DNA of 40,568 nucleotides from Candidatus Methanofastidiosia archaeon (GCA_016930445.1 JAFGGT010000027.1:1-40568); one strand, 5' to 3'; shown: positions 16,881-26,336, counted from the stretch's first letter. Translations and numbers: made by a program. The notes: generated from the letters alone by a model not told the origin.

Positions 16881-18317
16881 TTACGTCTCAATTCTACCGA
16901 TACCGGGGATCCAGTCTATGTTCTTTCCGATGAGTCCCCTCTCCTCTCTGTAGTGGAATATGTCCCTGGCAAGATTGGCCTGGTCCATCCTCTTCTCTAG
17001 CAGGGCCTTTGTGCCTATGTCCTTCCTATGGAAAAGCTTCCAGTCGGAAGATATGCAGGAGATCGCCTTCTCCACCTTCTCATTGGCCTCTACTATGCTG
17101 TCTGCAGCAGCATAGACCTCCAATGCGCGGGACCCTCCCGTGTAATACTTCCCATCATCCTCATACACTGAGCCAAAGTATACCTTTGAACCAGTTTTAT
17201 TGATCTTATCCATATCCATGTTCAGGATATGGCCCTTTCCAATGTCCCTCTCGTTCGGATAACCTTTAGGGGCAACGACCTTGACCACGGTGGCCTTCCT
17301 TTCAAAGTCTGCCTTGATGCCCTTTAGGCTGCCGTTCTGCATGCCTTCCATGATCTCGTCGAAGTTCTGAAGCTGTGGCATTATGTTCACGGTCTCGGGG
17401 TCTCCAAGCCTCGAGTAGAACTCGATGACCGTGGGCCCCCACTTATCTGTGAGCATGAACTGCCCCGAGAGCACTCCGAAGTAGGACTCCCCTGTCTCCT
17501 TCTTGATCGCCTTGATGACGTTCTCGACTATCTCATATGATATCTTGAAGTCTTTGTCGGTCAGGAATGGCAGATTGTTGCCGACACCCGATATGGAGCC
17601 CATTCCGCCAGTCTCTGGACCTATGTCCTCTACGAACGCATGAGGGTGGTCCTCCACCACCTTTAGGGGGACGATGTTCTTTCCATCGGTGAAGCATTGC
17701 AGGGTGTACTCGATGCCCTCTACCCTCTCCTCGATGAGGATAGGGTCCTCTAGGTCCTGGGAGAGCTTCTGATTCACTATGTCCGAGACGTGCCTCTTCT
17801 TGGCGGCGCTCTTCTCGTCCTTAAGATAGGCCTGGAGGTCTGCAATGACCTTGACACCCTTGCCTCCCGCCTGCCTAGTAGGCTTGATGGCGACAGAGCC
17901 GGCGTATTCGTCTATATACCTGCTGGCCTCCTCGATGTTGTTGAAGGTCTTGAATCTCAGTCTTCCGTAGAGTCCATGCTTCTCCATGAGCCGTCTCATG
18001 AATCCCTTGGACTTCTCTATGTCTGCGGTGGCCTTGGATGCCCCTATGACGGTGTGCCCTTCTCTCCTTAGCGCGTCTGACACGCCAGCGAAGAGCGATT
18101 CCTCGCTCCCAATGAATATCAGGTCCGGCCTCAACTTGCCCGCCATCCTGCAGACTGCCTCTCCGTTGAGTATGTCCACCAAGTGTACCTCTTTACACGT
18201 CTCCAAAAGCCCCGGATTCCTAATCTCAGTGGCAGCGTACACATCATAACCACACTTCTTCGCGTTCTCTGCTATGGCATGCTCCCTGCCCCCACTACCA
18301 ACGATCATGAACTTCAT
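16881..18317 (-). CDS. purD: Phosphoribosylamine-glycine ligase (GAR synthetase)
   Basis: The N-terminal MKFMIVGSGGREHAIA is the PurD signature, followed by an ATP-grasp body. Confidence 0.9.
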   Translation of the reverse strand: MKFMIVGSGGREHAIAENAKKCGYDVYAATEIRNPGLLETCKEVHLVDILNGEAVCRMAGKLRPDLIFIGSEESLFAGVSDALRREGHTVIGASKATADIEKSKGFMRRLMEKHGLYGRLRFKTFNNIEEASRYIDEYAGSVAIKPTRQAGGKGVKVIADLQAYLKDEKSAAKKRHVSDIVNQKLSQDLEDPILIEERVEGIEYTLQCFTDGKNIVPLKVVEDHPHAFVEDIGPETGGMGSISGVGNNLPFLTDKDFKISYEIVENVIKAIKKETGESYFGVLSGQFMLTDKWGPTVIEFYSRLGDPETVNIMPQLQNFDEIMEGMQNGSLKGIKADFERKATVVKVVAPKGYPNERDIGKGHILNMDMDKINKTGSKVYFGSVYEDDGKYYTGGSRALEVYAAADSIVEANEKVEKAISCISSDWKLFHRKDIGTKALLEKRMDQANLARDIFHYREERGLIGKNIDWIPGIGRIET

Positions 18318-19568
18318 TCAATCCACCTCCGGATAGTTGCCCGTCATGCACCCTGAGCAGTATCCATCTCCGCCCAGGACATTCACCAGGTCGTCCACAC
18401 TTATGTATGCGAAAGAGTCAGCGTCAATGATGCTCGCTATCTCGTATTCGGTGTTGTCAACGGCTATGAGCTCGTCCTTGGTAGGCACCTCTGTGCCGAA
18501 CGGGCATGGCGAGATGAGCTTCGGGCTGCATATCCTTACATGGACCTCCTTGGCCCCCCTCTTCCTGAGGAGGTTCACAATGTTTCTCATGGTGGTGCCC
18601 CTCACCACCGAATCGTCTATGAGAACGACCCTCTTTCCCCTCACGGCGGTCCTCACAGGATTGAGCTTTAGCTGGACCCCTATCATCCTTTCCATCTGCG
18701 TGGGCTTTATGGCGGTCCTCGTGACCTTCCCCGTCCTCATGAAACCTATGTCCAAAGGTATCTTTGACTCGTTGGAATAGGCCATTGCGAAGGGTATGGC
18801 CGTCTCAGGCACGCCGATAACGACGTCGGCCTCGACAGGGTTCTGCTTCGCCAGGAGCTTACCTATCCTGTTCCTTATCTCATGGATGTAGATGCCGTTT
18901 ATCTTGGAGTCGATCCTGGCCATATAGACGTACTCGAATATGCAGTTCGCGCATGGCGGCCTCTTCTCTGCCTTTATCTCCTCGATGTAGTGCCTGTCGA
19001 TGACCACTATCTCTCCGGGCTCTATGTCTCTCGAGAGCTCCGCCCCAATGACGTCCAGGGCAGATGTCTCGGACGCGACGACGGCGAGGTCGAAACCTAC
19101 GCCCCCGATGACAAGGGGTTTTACGCCTAGCTTGTCCCTTGTCGCTATCATCTTCTCCTTTGTCAGTATCACCATGGAGTAGGCGCCGCTGAGGCCATCG
19201 AGGAACGACCTCACTGCCTCTTTCTCTGGCATGTTGCCCAGGTCCATCCTGAGCTTCTGGACGGCCTCCTCCGTAATCTTTACGCTCCCGTCGAAGTATA
19301 TCGCGATGTCGTCAGAGATGTATCCGTTCACATCCCTCGTGGACACTCCCCCGACCCCGCAGCAACCCAAGAGCTCGTTCACTTCGTAGGATTCGAGGCT
19401 TTCTTGTATTGTGCCCTTTCCATTCGCACTTCTTACGTCCTTAAAGTCGCTTATGGACATGCCAAAGCTTTCCTGTCCCCTCGATTGTATCGCTATCAAC
19501 TGATAATAAACGAACCTAGATACGTTCCATATCTCATCAAAAGCATATATTCCACAGACTCCTGCCAT
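18318..19568 (-). CDS. Amidophosphoribosyltransferase paralog with a degenerate glutaminase domain
   Basis: 416-aa ORF. The PRTase part aligns well with the adjacent purF (VVLIDDSVVRGTT, CIFEYVYMARIDS, CSPKLISPCPFG). The Ntn-domain blocks GHVRYPTSG, QPF and AHNGNLTN are replaced by GVGGVSTRDVNG, nothing, and IYFDGSVKI. The Cys is preceded by MAGV. Confidence 0.8.
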   Translation of the reverse strand: MAGVCGIYAFDEIWNVSRFVYYQLIAIQSRGQESFGMSISDFKDVRSANGKGTIQESLESYEVNELLGCCGVGGVSTRDVNGYISDDIAIYFDGSVKITEEAVQKLRMDLGNMPEKEAVRSFLDGLSGAYSMVILTKEKMIATRDKLGVKPLVIGGVGFDLAVVASETSALDVIGAELSRDIEPGEIVVIDRHYIEEIKAEKRPPCANCIFEYVYMARIDSKINGIYIHEIRNRIGKLLAKQNPVEADVVIGVPETAIPFAMAYSNESKIPLDIGFMRTGKVTRTAIKPTQMERMIGVQLKLNPVRTAVRGKRVVLIDDSVVRGTTMRNIVNLLRKRGAKEVHVRICSPKLISPCPFGTEVPTKDELIAVDNTEYEIASIIDADSFAYISVDDLVNVLGGDGYCSGCMTGNYPEVD

Positions 19569-19579
19569 CGTATCACCAA

Positions 19580-20983
19580 TTATATCTTCATGTTTCTCCT
19601 TTCTAACTCCCTGTTCCTGCTAAGGCATTCCGCATTGCTGCAGCTGAGATTGGTTGGGTACTCACCATTCAGACATGCCAAGCAAAGCTTGGACCTGGGC
19701 ATCCCTATGGCCCTTACAAGCCCCTCTATTGTCTGGTAGGTCACCGAGTCGGCGCCTATCTTCCCTTCTATGTCGCCTATGCCCTTGGATGCAACAAGCT
19801 CATCCTTGACGGACATGTCGATCCCGTAATAACATGGATTCGTTATAGGTGGGCAGCTCGAGATGAAGTGCACCTCCTTTGCTCCGTACTTCCTAAGGAG
19901 GGTCACAAGCCTCCTTGAGGTAGTACCCCTGACAATGCTGTCGTCGACTAGCGCAATCCTCTTGCCGCTTACCTCTTTTCGTATGACATTGAGCTTCTCT
20001 ATGACCGCCTCTTCCCTGTACTTTTGGCAAGGCATTATGAATGTCCTTCCAATGTACCTGTTCTTTATCAGCCCCTCCCTGTAGGGCAGATTGTTTTTCA
20101 GGGCGAATCCAAGTGCGGCGGTCCTTGACGTGTCAGGCACCGGTATCACCACATCCACATCCTTGCTGAAGTCAATGTTCTCGCCCAGCTTGAATCTGAC
20201 GTCGTAGACGCTTTTGCCCTCTATTATCGAGTCAGGCCTTGAAATGTAAACGTATTCAAAGCAGCAATGGGCAGGTTTTGGCTCCATTATCTGATCGAAC
20301 TCTATCCCGCCCCTCTTTATCGTGACCATCTCCCCTGGCCTTACATCCCTTATGAGCTCATAACCTGTGACATCGAGCCCGACGCTCTCGCTGCATGCCA
20401 TGTACTCCTTGCCGTTCTCGGTGTCCTTCTCCCCTATTACAAGCGGCCTTATGCCGTGCGGGTCCCTGAAGGCTATTACCTTGCCACCATCCTGGCCGAG
20501 CAGGATGACAGATGAGTACGACCCTTCCACCTTGTTCATCGTTCCCTCGAGGGACGTTATCGGGTCGCTCTTGAGCAGCTCATCCGCGAAAACATTGAGC
20601 AGCACCTCGGTGTCCGATGTCGTCTGCAGCGTCCTTTCCTTGGCCCTTAGTTCGCGCTTGAGCTCGAGATAGTTTGTGAGATTCCCGTTATGGGCCAATC
20701 CCAGGCCGTGAGGATATTGGAGAAAGAACGGCTGCGATTCTCCTAGCGGATTGTCCCCGGACGTCGGGTATCTCACGTGGCCTATTGCCAGGTCCCCTTT
20801 CAGCCCATCTAGGGGGAATCCGTTGAAGACCTCAGTGACCAGGCCGTTGCCGGTCTTCAGGTAGAACTTGCTGTTCAGCGTGAGTATGCCTGCCGCATTC
20901 TGCCCCCTGTGCTGAATGGCCAGAAGTGACCTGTATGCGGCCCATGACGCCTCCTTGTCGTACAACCCTATGATCCCGCACAT
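19580..20983 (-). CDS. purF: Amidophosphoribosyltransferase (glutamine-PRPP amidotransferase)
   Basis: It has the MCGIIG N-terminal nucleophile, the HRGQ, GHVRYPTSG and AHNGNLTN glutaminase motifs, the PRPP loop ALVDDSIVRGTT, and the 4Fe-4S cysteines. Confidence 0.9.
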   Translation of the reverse strand: MCGIIGLYDKEASWAAYRSLLAIQHRGQNAAGILTLNSKFYLKTGNGLVTEVFNGFPLDGLKGDLAIGHVRYPTSGDNPLGESQPFFLQYPHGLGLAHNGNLTNYLELKRELRAKERTLQTTSDTEVLLNVFADELLKSDPITSLEGTMNKVEGSYSSVILLGQDGGKVIAFRDPHGIRPLVIGEKDTENGKEYMACSESVGLDVTGYELIRDVRPGEMVTIKRGGIEFDQIMEPKPAHCCFEYVYISRPDSIIEGKSVYDVRFKLGENIDFSKDVDVVIPVPDTSRTAALGFALKNNLPYREGLIKNRYIGRTFIMPCQKYREEAVIEKLNVIRKEVSGKRIALVDDSIVRGTTSRRLVTLLRKYGAKEVHFISSCPPITNPCYYGIDMSVKDELVASKGIGDIEGKIGADSVTYQTIEGLVRAIGMPRSKLCLACLNGEYPTNLSCSNAECLSRNRELERRNMKI

Positions 20984-21750
20984 CAGAATCTTTCCCCGAT
21001 ATAGTTTATGACCGATTCGAAGATGACCTTGCCGGAGTGGCCATTGGCGTTCTCCTTGTAGAAGGCCCTCTCAGGATGTGGCATCATTCCGAACACGTTG
21101 CCCTTCTCGTTGCAGATCCCGGCGATGTTTTGTGGCGAGCCGTTGGGGTTCCACGGATATCCACAATCTGTCCTGCCGCTCCTGTCGCAGTACCTGAACA
21201 CTATCTGGCCGTTCTTCTCCATCCTCTCATAGAGCTTGTCGTCTGCCAACAGTAGCTTACCCTCCGCATGTGCTGAAGGTATGACCAGGACCTCGTTCTC
21301 TGGTAGCGCCCTTGTGAACACGCACTTATTGGGGCCGACGTGCTTAAGGACGGTGTGCCTGCACTCGAATCTTGCCGAGTCGTTTTCGGCCAGGCATGCG
21401 TTCACCTTTCCGATGCTCCTTGAGAAGCCGGGCAAAAGCCCCAGCTCAACAAGCACCTGGAATCCATTGCAGATGCCGCCGATGGCGTAGCCGTCCCTTA
21501 CGAAGTCCTTGATATCGTCCCAGAATCTGCTCCTTATCCTGGAGGCGAAGATTGCCCCCGCCCTAATATAATCCCCGGACGAGAATCCACCCGGTATCAT
21601 TAGGCATTGGAAGTTCTCCAGAGATTTGAATTCGTTGAGGTGCACAAAGCTAGGATTGGCGCCGAGCCTCTTGAATGAATCGTATATCTCCTGCTCGTTG
21701 TTGGTCCCTTCAATCCTCAGGACGCATACGTTGATGTCTTTTGTCTCCAT
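20983..21750 (-). CDS. purQ: FGAM synthase, glutaminase subunit
   Basis: Triad context GICNGFQ (Cys) and MMPHPER (His/Glu), plus GGFSSGDY. Confidence 0.9.
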   Translation of the reverse strand: METKDINVCVLRIEGTNNEQEIYDSFKRLGANPSFVHLNEFKSLENFQCLMIPGGFSSGDYIRAGAIFASRIRSRFWDDIKDFVRDGYAIGGICNGFQVLVELGLLPGFSRSIGKVNACLAENDSARFECRHTVLKHVGPNKCVFTRALPENEVLVIPSAHAEGKLLLADDKLYERMEKNGQIVFRYCDRSGRTDCGYPWNPNGSPQNIAGICNEKGNVFGMMPHPERAFYKENANGHSGKVIFESVINYIGERF

Positions 21751-21757
21751 CTCTTGT

Positions 21758-24058
21758 TCACCCCATAATGTCCCATAAAGGCCTTTGCCAAGCCTCTTTC
21801 ATACTCTTGACCTCAATATCGACCAACATCTTGCCGTCCTTGGCCATCCTCAGCCTGTCGCCACCTGTCGCGCCTAGGATTGTGAAGGCCACCTGGTGCG
21901 CCCTGAGCCCGTCCTCGAACTCGGCCCTGTCATTGGGATCTATCTCACATATCCACCTGGTGTTCGATTCTGAGAAAAGCTCCTTGTCAGGCCTGAGCTT
22001 CCCCTTTAGAGTTATCGCAGCGCCGATTTCATTGCCTATGCACATCTCGGCGAGGGTACAACATATGCCCCCCTCTGAGATGTCATGGCAGGAAATGACC
22101 ATTCCCTTGCCCATGAGCTCTATCAGGGAGAACGAGGCATTGGAAAGCTCGTAGGGATTGACCCTTGGCACAATTCCACCGGCAATGCCCCTGTACCTAA
22201 GATAGGCGCTTCCGCCAAGCTCGTCCTTCGTATTACCTATAATATATATTAGATTGCCGTTGCCCTTGAACGGGGTGGTGACACTCTTGTTAACGTCGTC
22301 TATCAGCCCTATGCCCATTATTGTGGGTGTGGGCGGGCATGCCCCTGCTGGCCCCTCGTTGTAGAGCGAGACGTTCCCGGACACGAACGTTGCGCCTATC
22401 TTGCTTATCACATGAGCAAGCCCCTGCACTGCCTGGACGAACTCCCACATCTTCTCCGGCTTCTCCGGATTTCCAAAGTTCAGACAGTCTGCGAAAGAGT
22501 GCGGCCTTGCGCCAACGGCCACGAGATTCCTTACAGCCTCGTCGACGGCGCTAGCGGCGCCCCAGAACGGGTCAAGCACCATGAAGTGGGGATTGACGTC
22601 TGAAGTGAGGGCCAATCCGCGCTCCGAGTCCTCCAATGGCTTTATTATCGAAGCGTCGGCATGGGTCTCGCAGTTCTCCATCCCCACCAATGGTGGGGAG
22701 AACGTTCTTGCCCTTACCTCGAAGTCGTACTGTCTAACGACCCAGTCATCACAAGCACAATTGTAATCTTTCAATAAGGATAGCAGTGTCCCGTTATAGT
22801 CCTCTGGCTCACCGAACTCGACATTCTCGTTCCTCGTAGAAACCTTCTTAAAAGGCCTCTTGTACATTGGTCCCTCCGTGAGGAACTCTAGGTCCATGTC
22901 GAATATCGTTTCGCCATGCCATTCTATGAGAAGCCTCTTCTCCTGGATGACCTTTCCTATGACCACTGCTGGAACATCCCATTTCCTGAAGATCTTGAGC
23001 ACCTTGTTCAGGTCCTTTTCCCTCACAGACATCATCATCCTCTCTTGGGACTCGCTTACCCATATCTCCCAAGGCAGGAGGTCCTTCTCCTTCAGATGCA
23101 CGTTCTCAAGGGTCACTTTGGCACCATAACCACCTGCGAGGGCCATCTCACCTACGACACAGGAGAGGCCTCCCCCTCCAAGGTCCTTGAGCCCTGTCAA
23201 GAGCTTTTTCTCGTTCGCCTCAAGACAGGCGTGTATCAGTGGTTCCTTCATTATAGGATCACCGACCTGGACCGCGGAGCGAGAGGACACCTGCGAATCG
23301 TCGTCAAGTTCCTTTGAAGCGAACGTCACTCCATGGATGCCGTCCCTTCCGGTGCCTCCTCCGGCCAGGACGTATATGTCGCCCACATTGCCCACCCTGG
23401 AGTATACGATGTCCTTCTTTTTGACAATGCCTACACATCCAACGTTCACTAGACAGTTTCCGAGGTAACCTTTATGGAAGGCCGTCATGCCTGAAACGGT
23501 CGGGATGCCGACACGGTTTCCATAATCCCTTATTCCGTCAACAACGCCAGAGAAGATGTATTTGGGGTGCTTGACCCCTTTGGGAATAAGTTCAGAAGAA
23601 GTGGTGGGTGGTGCAAAGAAGATCGGGTCGACAAGGGCAATGGGCTGTGCTCCCATGCAAACGACGTCCCTGAGTATCCCTCCTATCCCTGTTGCCGCCC
23701 CTCCGTATGGCTCTATGGCGGAAGGGTGATTATGGCTCTCCAACGCCACAGCATACGCGTGATCCTTGTCGAACTCGACCAGTCCTGCGTCCTCCTTAAT
23801 AACGAAGAGATTCTGGGGGGCGTCGAAGTTGAAGAGATACCTCTTCAGATAATATTTCGATGATTTGTAACAACAATGTTCCGACCACGCTTGTCCCAAT
23901 GCCTGCAGCTCGATGTCCTTAGGATTTCTTCCTTCCTTCACGAAGTAATCCCTGATGACCTTCAGTTCATCGAGGGAGAGGCCGGTGCCGGTCTCTTCGC
24001 TGATGCCTTTGAGCCTTTCTTCGCTGACATTGAGGTCTATCTCAAATATGTCTGGCAT
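21758..24058 (-). CDS. purL: FGAM synthase II, synthetase subunit
   Basis: 766-aa ORF with duplicated PurM-like domains. ESHNHPSAIEPYGGAATGIGG is the typical small-PurL motif. Confidence 0.9.
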   Translation of the reverse strand: MPDIFEIDLNVSEERLKGISEETGTGLSLDELKVIRDYFVKEGRNPKDIELQALGQAWSEHCCYKSSKYYLKRYLFNFDAPQNLFVIKEDAGLVEFDKDHAYAVALESHNHPSAIEPYGGAATGIGGILRDVVCMGAQPIALVDPIFFAPPTTSSELIPKGVKHPKYIFSGVVDGIRDYGNRVGIPTVSGMTAFHKGYLGNCLVNVGCVGIVKKKDIVYSRVGNVGDIYVLAGGGTGRDGIHGVTFASKELDDDSQVSSRSAVQVGDPIMKEPLIHACLEANEKKLLTGLKDLGGGGLSCVVGEMALAGGYGAKVTLENVHLKEKDLLPWEIWVSESQERMMMSVREKDLNKVLKIFRKWDVPAVVIGKVIQEKRLLIEWHGETIFDMDLEFLTEGPMYKRPFKKVSTRNENVEFGEPEDYNGTLLSLLKDYNCACDDWVVRQYDFEVRARTFSPPLVGMENCETHADASIIKPLEDSERGLALTSDVNPHFMVLDPFWGAASAVDEAVRNLVAVGARPHSFADCLNFGNPEKPEKMWEFVQAVQGLAHVISKIGATFVSGNVSLYNEGPAGACPPTPTIMGIGLIDDVNKSVTTPFKGNGNLIYIIGNTKDELGGSAYLRYRGIAGGIVPRVNPYELSNASFSLIELMGKGMVISCHDISEGGICCTLAEMCIGNEIGAAITLKGKLRPDKELFSESNTRWICEIDPNDRAEFEDGLRAHQVAFTILGATGGDRLRMAKDGKMLVDIEVKSMKEAWQRPLWDIMG

Positions 24059-24064
24059 GGGGGC

Positions 24065-24316
24065 TCACCATCTTATTTCGTAGTCGTGGATCACTGGATT
24101 GGTCAGGAGTTTTTCGGCCATCTCCCTGACCCTCTCTTTGGCCTTGTCTTCATCGGAGGCCTTTATCGTGATCTTGAAGTATTTGTTGACATGGACCTCC
24201 TCCACCTCGTCAAAGCCCAATAGCCTAAGGGCCTTCTTGATATTGTTTCCTTCGGGGTCGGATATTCCCTTCTTAAGACCCACATTGACTATAACGTCCT
24301 TTGTCTCCATAATCAT
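24065..24316 (-). CDS. purS: FGAM synthase PurS subunit
   Basis: 83-aa ORF between purC and purL, with the typical V.V..K.GI.DPEG motif. Confidence 0.85.
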   Translation of the reverse strand: MIMETKDVIVNVGLKKGISDPEGNNIKKALRLLGFDEVEEVHVNKYFKITIKASDEDKAKERVREMAEKLLTNPVIHDYEIRW

Positions 24317-25209
24317 ACACCTGTTATCCTGTATTGCAGATCCCTATATATCGCGGATGCCTTCGTTATCATATCGCCCGGGAGCGGAGGTATGTCAGGC
24401 TCTGCCATGCCCCTGCCACGCGCCTTATAGAGGCTGGCCTTATATCCAATGCCTTCGTAGTATTTTCTCACGAACTCTTTGGAGAGCTCGATGCACTCGC
24501 CTCTTTCCCATGCCGCCTTGTCCCAGAATCTGTCCTCATCGGCTGTTCCAAAGACATCGATAATCATGATGTTCCTATCCTTGTCGAAGGCGAACTCCTT
24601 CTTGCCATCGACATGTATAAGCCCTCTTTTAGAGACTTCTCTTTCTATCTCTTCATCCAATAGCAATATAATACTTAATATGTCGTCATATTCAGCTTTG
24701 GTCAGTCCCGATATCCTCAGTGACTCCTCAAGCCCAAGGAGCCTGTCGACCCTTTCGAGCTTGGTAGATGTCTCGAGATAGGGCCTTGGCAGCATCTCCC
24801 CATATCTTACCTCGTGTCCCTCCTCGAATCCTAGGTCGGCGGGATCGATTGCTCCCTTCCCGATCCTGTCATGCAGCGAGCCCGCAACATAGTGTCTTGC
24901 AATGAACTCTAGAGGAATGAGGTAATTGGTCGTCTCGCTGTTCATCTTGTCATAGTCCCTTATGATATCGACACGCTTCACTCTGAATCGATTTGGGGCT
25001 GTCATCTCTATGAAGTGGGTATTGATCCCGAGCTTTTCGGCCCTCTTGAACCAGAATGCCCCTTCCGCACAGAGGGTCCCACCCTTTCCAGGTATTATGG
25101 ATGGTATTAATTTGTCAAAAACAGATATTCTATCAGTAAATTCGAACTCTAATTCATCCTTCTGAACTTGATGTATTTCTTTTACCGAACCTGACCTAAG
25201 AGAGCCCAT
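24313..25209 (-). CDS. purC: SAICAR synthetase
   Basis: Typical motifs (GSVKEI, DRISVFD, LIPLEFIAR). The start is taken at the second ATG (25209), preceded by GGGAGGGG with a 7-nt spacer. An alternative ATG lies at 25230. Confidence 0.9.
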   Translation of the reverse strand: MGSLRSGSVKEIHQVQKDELEFEFTDRISVFDKLIPSIIPGKGGTLCAEGAFWFKRAEKLGINTHFIEMTAPNRFRVKRVDIIRDYDKMNSETTNYLIPLEFIARHYVAGSLHDRIGKGAIDPADLGFEEGHEVRYGEMLPRPYLETSTKLERVDRLLGLEESLRISGLTKAEYDDILSIILLLDEEIEREVSKRGLIHVDGKKEFAFDKDRNIMIIDVFGTADEDRFWDKAAWERGECIELSKEFVRKYYEGIGYKASLYKARGRGMAEPDIPPLPGDMITKASAIYRDLQYRITGV

Positions 25210-25278
25210 TTCTTCCCCTCCCTTACTCATTTATATGAGTAAAAAATCTTATATTTAAATCTTTTTATACATAAAAAT

Positions 25279-25305
25279 GTAAAAATAGTGAAAATATTTA
25301 TAAAA
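25279..25305. promoter_or_regulatory. Tandem 9-mers GTAAAAATA/GTGAAAATA abutting a TTTATAAAA box in the purC-purP divergent intergenic region
   Basis: Read directly: the 9-mers are at 25279-25287 and 25288-25296, and the TATA-like box is at 25297-25305. The box lies about 30 nt upstream of the SD at 25333. Confidence 0.35.
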
Positions 25306-25343
25306 TGGACATCGTATGCAGATATTGGTATTGAGGTGATTAT

Positions 25344-26336
25344 ATAAAGATATCCACTTTAGGTTCCCATTCAGCCCTCAACATCTTAAGGGGTGCAAAG
25401 GACGAGGGTTTCGAGACGCTTCTCATATCGCCGAAGGACAGGGTTTTCTATGAGCGATTCAACGTTGCAGACGAGATAGTGTATGTTGAGGAAATGGGCA
25501 GCTTCCTCAGGGAGGACAAGGAGCACCTGCGTGGTGATGTCATCATGGTGCCACATGGAAGCTTCATCTCTTACCTTTCGCTCGATTTCCTTGAGAATGA
25601 TTTTGGCACAAGGCTCTTTGGCAACAAGTACTTGTTCAAATGGGAATCCGACAGGGACCTGGAAAAGGAATGGCTGGAAGGCTCGAAAATAAGGATCCCC
25701 ATGTCATTCGACTCTCCAGAGGATATTGACAGGCCAGTCATCGTGAAGTCCTTTGGGGCCAAGGGGGGCATGGGTTACTTCCTTGCGAACGACACTGAGG
25801 ACTTTGAAAGGAAATCATCGGGCCTCTCTGGAGGATATCAGATCCAGGAGTATGTAATGGGCGTCCCCATGTACTTCCATTTCTTCTTCTCACCCCTGAA
25901 CGATGAGCTTGAGCTCCTGTCCGTTGACAGGAGATACGAGTCCAACGTGGACTCTATGGGCAGGATCCCGGCCAGGGACCAGGAACATATGGGCATCAAC
26001 CCCTCCTATACCGTGGTGGGGAACTTCCCCATAGTGATAAGGGAGTCCCTCCTGGGGCAGGTCTTCGACATAGGCGAGAAGGTGGTGCGCGAGTCGAGAA
26101 GGATCTCCGAGATGGGGCTAATTGGCCCATTCTGTCTTGAGACGATATGCACCTCTGAACTGGATATCGTTACTTTTGAGATTTCTGCCAGGATAGTTGC
26201 GGGGACCAACCCTTTTATGCCATCATCCCCATATACCTACGCCAAGTATGGGAAGGACATAAGCTGTGGCAGGAGGATCGCCATGGAGGTCAGAGACGCC
26301 TTGTCCACAGATAGCATCGAGGAGGTCACTACATGA
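25344..26336 (+). CDS. purP: 5-formaminoimidazole-4-carboxamide ribonucleotide (FAICAR) synthetase, paralog 1; start codon unresolved
   Basis: The track ORF starts at GTG 25479, but the same frame is open from 25335. It encodes IKISTLGSHSALNILRGAKDEGFETLLISPKDRVFYERFNVADEIVYV, which aligns with the N-terminus of M. jannaschii PurP as I recall it. Between the upstream stop and 25479 there is no in-frame ATG, GTG or TTG. GAGGTGAT lies at 25333-25340, with an in-frame ATA at 25344. Confidence 0.75.
   Translation: MKISTLGSHSALNILRGAKDEGFETLLISPKDRVFYERFNVADEIVYVEEMGSFLREDKEHLRGDVIMVPHGSFISYLSLDFLENDFGTRLFGNKYLFKWESDRDLEKEWLEGSKIRIPMSFDSPEDIDRPVIVKSFGAKGGMGYFLANDTEDFERKSSGLSGGYQIQEYVMGVPMYFHFFFSPLNDELELLSVDRRYESNVDSMGRIPARDQEHMGINPSYTVVGNFPIVIRESLLGQVFDIGEKVVRESRRISEMGLIGPFCLETICTSELDIVTFEISARIVAGTNPFMPSSPYTYAKYGKDISCGRRIAMEVRDALSTDSIEEVTT

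Noticed and set aside
21758-25230. Long antisense ORFs inside purL, purS and purC (for example 24099-24563 at 154 aa and 22916-23317 at 133 aa). Similar ones lie in other genes (32339-32911, 29859-30347, 38213-38740).
   Set aside because: All lie fully inside genes that have unambiguous family motifs on the other strand. Their compositions are low-complexity and Ser/Leu/Pro-rich. They are shadow ORFs.
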